This document shows, piece by piece, positions 47,595 through 64,000 of a stretch of 64,000 nucleotides of DNA (the stretch's first letter is position 1; every line of letters begins with the position of its first letter). Source of the stretch: the human T2T-CHM13v2.0 reference genome, Homo sapiens. The position numbers and the translations under genes were made by a program. The stretch is from NCBI RefSeq assembly GCF_009914755.1, contig NC_060934.1, one strand, 5' to 3'. Under the pieces are notes generated by a model. The model was given only the letters and a program-made list of their open reading frames with translations, ran no database searches and was not told where the DNA came from.

Positions 47595-48305
47595 GAGTTA
47601 ACAGCACACAACAACATGGATAAATCTTGGGGACATTATGATAAATGAAATAAACCAATTACCAAAAGATAAATACTGTATGATTTCTCTTACATGAGGA
47701 ACTTAGAATAGTTAAAATCATAGAGCTAGAAAGTAGAATGATTGCTAGAAGCTGGGGGACAGTGAAATGGGAGTTATTATTCAATGGGTAGAAAGTTTCA
47801 GTTTTAGAAGATAAAAAAAGTTATGGAGATGAATGAGCATGGTGGTTGAATAACATTAGAAATATATTTAATACGACTGCCTGTGTATTAGTCCAATTTC
47901 ACACTGCTATAAAGAAATACCAGAGACTGGGTAATTTACAAACAAAGGAGATTTAATTAACTCACAGTTCCATATGGCTGAGGAGGCCTCAGGAAACCTA
48001 CAGTCATGGCAGAAGGCAAAAGGGAAGCAAGGACATTCTTCACATGGTCGCAGGAGAGAGAAGTGCAAACGGGAAAGGCCAGACGCTTATAAAACCATCA
48101 GACCTCATGAGAACTTACTCCCAGTCATGTAACAGCATGGGAGAAACTGTCCCCATGATCCAATCACCTCCTTCCCTCTACACGTGATTACAATTCAACA
48201 TGAGATTTGGATGGGGAAACAGAGCCAAACCATAAAAACACTGTACACTTAAAAATGTTTAAGATAGTGAATTTTATTTATGGGTATTTTATCTTGGCAC
48301 AAAAT
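47595..48305 (+). mobile_element. L1MB-type 3' end, split by a solo LTR
   Basis: ACAACATGGATAAATCTTGGGGACATTATG…GAAATGGGAGTTATT…[LTR]…CTGTACACTTAAAAATG. Confidence 0.8.
47884..48238 (-). mobile_element. Solo MaLR LTR (THE1D/MSTA-like)
   Basis: TGTATTAGTCC…CACACTGCTATAAAGAAATACC…GAGATTTGGATGGGGA…GCCAAACCATA. Confidence 0.9.
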
Positions 48306-48354
48306 TGGGGGAAAAAGAGTTAATAGCAAGGTGATTAGCAACTCCACTTTTCAG

Positions 48355-48975
48355 TCAGTTAGGCTTGGTTCAATTGCAGTCTCTGAACTTAAAATCTGTC
48401 TGACCTTGAGCAAGATTCATAACAAAACATCATCTCAGTTATCTGGTGATAAAATGGGTATAACAGTAGTGTGATAGGCTGAATAATAACTTCATCCCCC
48501 AACAAAAGATGCCATGTCCTAATCCTAGCAACATGTGAACCTATAAATTTGTTACTTTACATGGTAAAAGAAACACTCCAAATGTATTATGCTAAGGATA
48601 TGACATGGGTAAATTACACTAGATTATCCAGGTGGGCCCAATGTAATCACATTGATCCTTATAAGAGGGAAATAAGAGGATAAGAGTGGATAGTAGAAGA
48701 TGTGATACCCCAAGCAAAGGACTCATGAGCTGAGGAATGTTGGCAGTCTCTAGAAGCAAAAACAAAAATGCAGAGAAATAAATTCTCTCAAGGAAACAGC
48801 CTTGCTCAACACCTTGATCTTAGACCAGTGAAACTGATATTGGATCTTCGAACTTCAGAACTGTAAGATAGTCATTTGCATTATTTTAAACCACTAAGTT
48901 TGTTCTAATTTGTTATAGTACTCATGGAAACTAACACAAATTCTACATACCTCCTAGGTTTATAAGAAAGATTAA
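48355..48975 (+). mobile_element. MIR interrupted by an MLT1 LTR
   Basis: TGACCTTGAGCAAG…CTCAGTT…TAAAATGGGTATAACAGTA before the LTR, and TACCTCCTAGG…GATTAA after it. Confidence 0.6.
48470..48938 (+). mobile_element. Solo MLT1C/D LTR
   Basis: TGTGATAGGCTGAATAAT…GATTATCCAGGTGGGCCCAATGTAATCAC…CCACTAAGTTTG…GAAACTAACACA. Confidence 0.85.
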
Positions 48976-51517
48976 CACAAAACATGCAAAATTCCAAAAA
49001 AAATGTGTAAAAGGAACCAAAAGTTGACTGATGGGGAAAGGTGCTGATGGAGGGAAGAGTACAAATTTCAATATAAGGTACTCAATGTATGCCTCATTGA
49101 GAAGTTGACCTTCTACATAAATGTACAAGAGTGCCTGTTTGTCCACACCTGACCAATGCTTACATGAACACGTTTTCATTTTCCAATCAAGAATGTTGAA
49201 AAGATATATAATATATATTTTTTTGTTTTTAAGCTACTTTCATGTTTAATAACCATTTCCATTTTCTTTTCCGATGTGGTTCATTAGAATCATTTTTCCA
49301 TGTTTTTATTATATTGGGGTAGTTCCTGGTATATTGTTTACTAGAAAAACATCAAGTTGTAGAAAATACATGTAATATGAGCCAAATTTTATAAAGAACC
49401 ACACTTAATAGCATACGTATTTGTGTGTATATATTATACATAATGAGTGAATATATATTTATGCAGTCATATGTGTATAGATACATATGTACTTATATGT
49501 ACATCAATACGCTTATATATTAGCTTAAAATGCATGACAAATTGGCTCCCTCTGGAAGATAAGCTCACAAAGAGTAATCACTGATGTCTGTTCTCATTTC
49601 ATAAACTTGAAGATAGAAGGAATGGGAATGGATGACTAGAATTTGATGTGCACTAGACGTTCAATTGTGTATATTTTGGAGATAAAATGAGGCTAATTAC
49701 TTCAGGGCCATAGAATCAAATTATCATCACATTAATGATAAGTGTAAAACAATGAGGTAGAAATTAGAAAAATAATATAATCTACTGAGGCTTTGCAGAG
49801 ATATTGTTCTTGTTTGGGGAGAGAAGAATAACATTCAGAACACATGAATAGCAATTTGAGAGCATATATTTATACTTGATTCTAAGTTGGAAACATGAAG
49901 TAAAAATAATATTTCAAATTTGTTTTTAGTGTGGACAGTAACACCAAAGCAAGGGCATGAATTCTGACACTTAATGTTCATTCCTAGCTGTCACTTATAC
50001 TTTTAATATTTCCCTAAAGGTTAGTTTTGCTGTTTGACAGACCTTCTCTCTCAAATCCAAATCTTGAGAAACTCTAGATAACACGCAGCCAAGAAAGCTT
50101 CCCCACCCTCTTTCCCTTTGTCCCTCTCTATGAGTATCATTATGAGGGACAGCATGGTTGATACTCTGTTTCATTTCTTTCTTCCATTATGCAAAAAAGA
50201 GGAAAAATTTGAGAATGGGCTAGCAATTAGTAACACTTTTCATTTAGAATATTCACAGAAGAAATGAATCTGAATTATGATATGGTAATCCTTTTTCTCT
50301 GTTTTATAATGATAACATATTAAAAACTCAGCACTAATTATTAGTATGTGTAGCCATCAATAAAAGTATTACAGAATATTAATAATAGCAGATATACTTA
50401 TGCAATGACCCAAGCAACTCTCCTTAATGAAGACTGGATGTTCAATGCATTTTGAGGGAACGGGAAAATGTGATTAGACGTCAGAAAAGAAATCCCTGAA
50501 GATGGCCAAATAGGAACAGCTCCAGTCTACAGCTCCCAGCATGAGCAAAGCAGAAGACGGGTGATTTCTGCATTTCCATCTGAGGTACCAGGTTCATCTC
50601 ACTAGGGAGTGCCAGACAGTGGGCGCAGGACAGTGGGTTCAGTGCACCGTGCACCAGCCGAAGCAGGGCGAGGCATTGCCTCACTCGGGAAGCACAAGGG
50701 ATCAGGGAGTTCCCTTTCCTGGTCAAGGAAAGGGGTGACAGACGGCACCTGGAAGATCAGGCCACTCCCACCTGAATACAGCACTTTTCCAACGGGCTTA
50801 GGAAATGGCGCACCAGGAGATTATATCCCACACATGGCTTGGATGGTCCTACGCCCATGGAATCTCACTGATTCCTAGCACAGCAGTCTGAGATCAAACT
50901 GCAAGGCGGCAGTGAGGCTGGGGGAGGGGTGCCCACCATTGCCCAGGCTCCCTTAGGTAAACAAAGCAGCCGGGAAGCTCCAACTGGGTGGAGCCCACCA
51001 CAGCTCAAGGAGGCCTGCCTGCCTCTGTAGGCTCCACCTCTGGGGGCGGGACACAGACAAACAAAAAGCAGTAACCTCTGCAGACTTAAATGTCCCTGTC
51101 TGACAGCTTTGAGGAGCGCAGTGGTTCTCCCAGCACACAGCTGGAGATCTGAGAACGGGCAGACTGCCTCCTCAAGTGGGCCCCTGACCGCCGACCCCTG
51201 AGGAGCCTAACTGGAAGGCACCCCCCATTAGGGGCGGACTGACACCTCACATGGCTGGGTACTCCTCTGAGACAAAAATTCCACAGGAACGATCAGACAG
51301 CAGCATTCCCGGTCAAGAAAATCCGCAGTTCTGCAGACACCGCTGCTGATACCCAGGCAAACAAGGTCTGGAGTGGACCTCTAGCAAACTCCAACGGACC
51401 TGCAGCTGAGGGTCCTGTCTGTTAGAAGGAAAACTAACAAACAGAAAGGACATCCACACCAAAAACCCATCTGTACATCACCATCATCAAAGACCAAAAG
51501 TAGATAAAACCAAAAAG

Positions 51518-52534
51518 ATGGGGAAAAAACAGATCACAAAAACTGGAAACTCTAAAAAGCAGAGCACCTCTCCTCCTCCAAAGGAAGGCAGTTCCTCACC
51601 AGCAATGGAGCAAAGCTGGATGGAGAATGACTTTGACGAGCTGAGAGAATAAGGCTTCAGATGATCAAATTAGTCCGAGCTACGGGAGGAAATTCAAACC
51701 AAAGGCAAAGAAGTTGAAAACTTTGAAAAAAGCTTAGAAGAATGTATAACTAGAATAACCAATACAGAGAAGTGCTTAAAGGAGCTGATGGAACTGAAAG
51801 CCAAGGCTCGAGAACTACGTGAAGAATGCAGAAGCCTCAGGAGCCGATGTGATCAACTGGAAGAAAGGGTATCGGCAATGGAAGATGAAGTGAATGAAAT
51901 GAAGTGAGAAGGGAAGTTTAGAGAAAAAAGAATAAAAAGAAACAAGCAAAGCCTCGAAGAAATATGGGACTATGTGAAAAGACCAAATCTGCGTCTGATT
52001 GGTGTACCTGAAAGTGATGGGGACAATGGAACCAAGTTGGAAAACACTCTGCAGGATATCATCCAGGAGAACTTCCCCAATCTAGCAAGTCAGGCCAACA
52101 TTCAGATTCAGGAAATACAGAGAACGCCACAAAGATACTCCTCGAGAAGAGCAACTCCAAGACACATAATTGTCAGATTCACCAAAGTTGAAATGAAGGA
52201 AAAAATGTTAAGGGCGGCCAGAGAGAAATGTCGGGTTACCCAAAAAGGGAAGCCCATCAGACTAACAGCGGATCTCTCGGCAGAAACCCTACAAGCCAGA
52301 AGAGAGTGGTGGCCAATATTCAACATTCTTAAAGAAAAGAATTTTGAACCCAGAATTTCATATCCAGACAAACTAAGCTTCATAAGTGAAGGAGAAATAA
52401 AATACTTTACAGACAAACAAATGCTGAGAGATTTTGTCACCACCAGGCCTGCCCTAAAAGACCTCCTGAAGGAAGCACTAAACATGGAAAGGAACAACCA
52501 GTACCAGCCGCTGCAAAATCATGCCAAAATGTAA
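51518..52534 (+). pseudogene. ORF1: L1 ORF1, full 1017-nt span with premature stops
   Basis: ATG at 51518 to TAA at 52534 gives 338 codons. In-frame stops near 51650, 51662, 51671 and 51905. Confidence 0.92.
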
Positions 52535-52582
52535 AGACCATCGAGACTAGGAAGAAACTGTATCAACTAACGAGCAAAATAA

Positions 52583-56426
<3,844 letters not shown>

Positions 56427-56665
56427 ACAATGAGAACACATGGACACAGGAAGGGGAACATCACACTCTGGGGACTGTTGTGGGTTGGGGGGAGGAGGGA
56501 GGGATAGCACTGGGAGATATACCTAATGCTAGATGACGAGTTAGTGGGTGCAGCGCACCAGCATGGCCCATGTATACATATGTAACTAACCTGCACATTG
56601 TGCACATGTACCCTAAAACTTAAGGTATAATAATAAATAAATAAATAAATAAATTTTAAAAAAAA

Positions 56666-63052
<6,387 letters not shown>

Positions 63053-63145
63053 AAATACCCTCACAGAGATACCCAGTAATAACCTTTCACCAGCTATCTG
63101 GGCATGCTTTAGTCAAGTCAAGCTGACATAAAATTAATCATCACA
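63053..63145 (-). mobile_element. MLT1 LTR 5'-terminal fragment
   Basis: ACCCTCACAGA…CCAGCTATCTGGGCAT…AGTCAAGCTGACATAAAATTAATCATCACA is the reverse complement of an MLT1 start. Confidence 0.8.
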
Positions 63146-63639
63146 GTAGGCCTAGTATAGGTATAAGTACATGATAAAAGTAGATTGTAAGAAAAATCGC
63201 ATGGGTATCATCAAGACAGAGACACTTCTCAGGACCACAGACTCTGTCTATCAATCTTCTAACCTACCTGGCAATCCACCTGAGAACATGGCTGCTAGTG
63301 TCTGCACCATACTCTTCCCATCTACACTGAAAATTTCGACTACTGGTCGTGAGACCAAAATTAATGTTCTGCCTTCTTTTATTGTTTTGTCTTGGGGTCT
63401 CCTCTTCAGGGTGAAAGTGATTTCATAATTTCAAAGTAAATTGATGTAGAATTACAAAAGTGGGAATGAAAATGACAAATTAGTAGCCAATGCTGTGCTT
63501 GGCATGCATATATTATTCTTAGGGAATTTATATTAGTTAAGTAATGAAGTAAAGACAAGAGACCTATGTGTAATCGTAAAATTTCTATTAAATTATTTGC
63601 ATGCCTAGTTCAGTTATTTTAACAATCCATATTTTCTTA

Positions 63640-64000
63640 CCTTTTAACCAAATTATTGGAGGTAATTGTATATTTATATGCAGTTATCAGAAGTAATACA
63701 CAGAAATCTCATGTACTCTTTGCCCAGTCCCTCTCAATAACATCTTGCAAAAATATACTATAATATCACTATCAGGACATTTAAATTGATAGTGAAGACA
63801 TAGAACAATTCCATCACCACGAGGATTCCTTATGCAGCCCCTTTATAGCCACACCCATGCTCCCCCCTTCACCCTCCACCCTATTCTTAGACCCTAGAAA
63901 ATTCATAATCTGTTTCCACTTCTATAATTTTGTCACTTAAGGAATGTCATATAAATGGAAACATACAGTATCTAATCTCTTGGATAATATTTTTTACTCA
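63640..64000 (-). mobile_element. L1MC-type 3' end, running off the window
   Basis: AACATCTTGCAAAA…ATATCAC…TTCCATCACCACGAGGATTCC…GAATGTCATATAAATGGAA. Confidence 0.8.

Noticed and set aside
50468-50497. TSD for copy A (ATGTGATTA also at 56807; AAGAAATCCCT versus AAGAAACTCACT or AAAATACCCT)
   Set aside because: The matches are short, AT-rich, mismatched or not adjacent to the element ends, so they could be chance.
50866-50940. Intact primate L1 ORF0
   Set aside because: It reads MVGTPPPASLPPCSLISDCCARNQ* because of a CGA>TGA stop. The homologue near 14112 is frameshifted.

Overview
AT-rich, gene-free primate (probably human or great ape) DNA. By my rough tally it is at least 85% transposon-derived and about 65% LINE-1. 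It contains no full-length Alu, which is typical of L1-dense regions such as the X chromosome. Nearly every ORF in the supplied track is a broken L1 ORF1/ORF2 or ERV gag/pol fragment, or an antisense shadow of one. I found no intact host gene, RNA gene or CRISPR array. Main contents: (1) four full-span but dead L1s (L1PA6-like, L1PA8A/10-like, L1PA7-like, L1PA3-like) plus many truncated L1s; (2) a 3'-truncated HUERS-P3/LTR9 provirus with a tRNA-Pro PBS, carrying a nested full THE1 element and a twin-primed, 5'-inverted L1; (3) a MER57 LTR with its leader, solo MaLR/ERV1 LTRs, MIRs and old DNA transposons. The most unusual signal is a head-to-tail array of three L1s of different ages at 50.5-63 kb. 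Neighbouring copies share non-consensus substitutions (nine sites between copies A and B, three between B and C) but keep their subfamily-diagnostic differences. This suggests local patchy gene conversion or an assembly artefact. The array also has a likely 3' transduction and junctions at L1 endonuclease sites. Subfamily names come from my recollection of consensus sequences and should be confirmed with RepeatMasker/Dfam.
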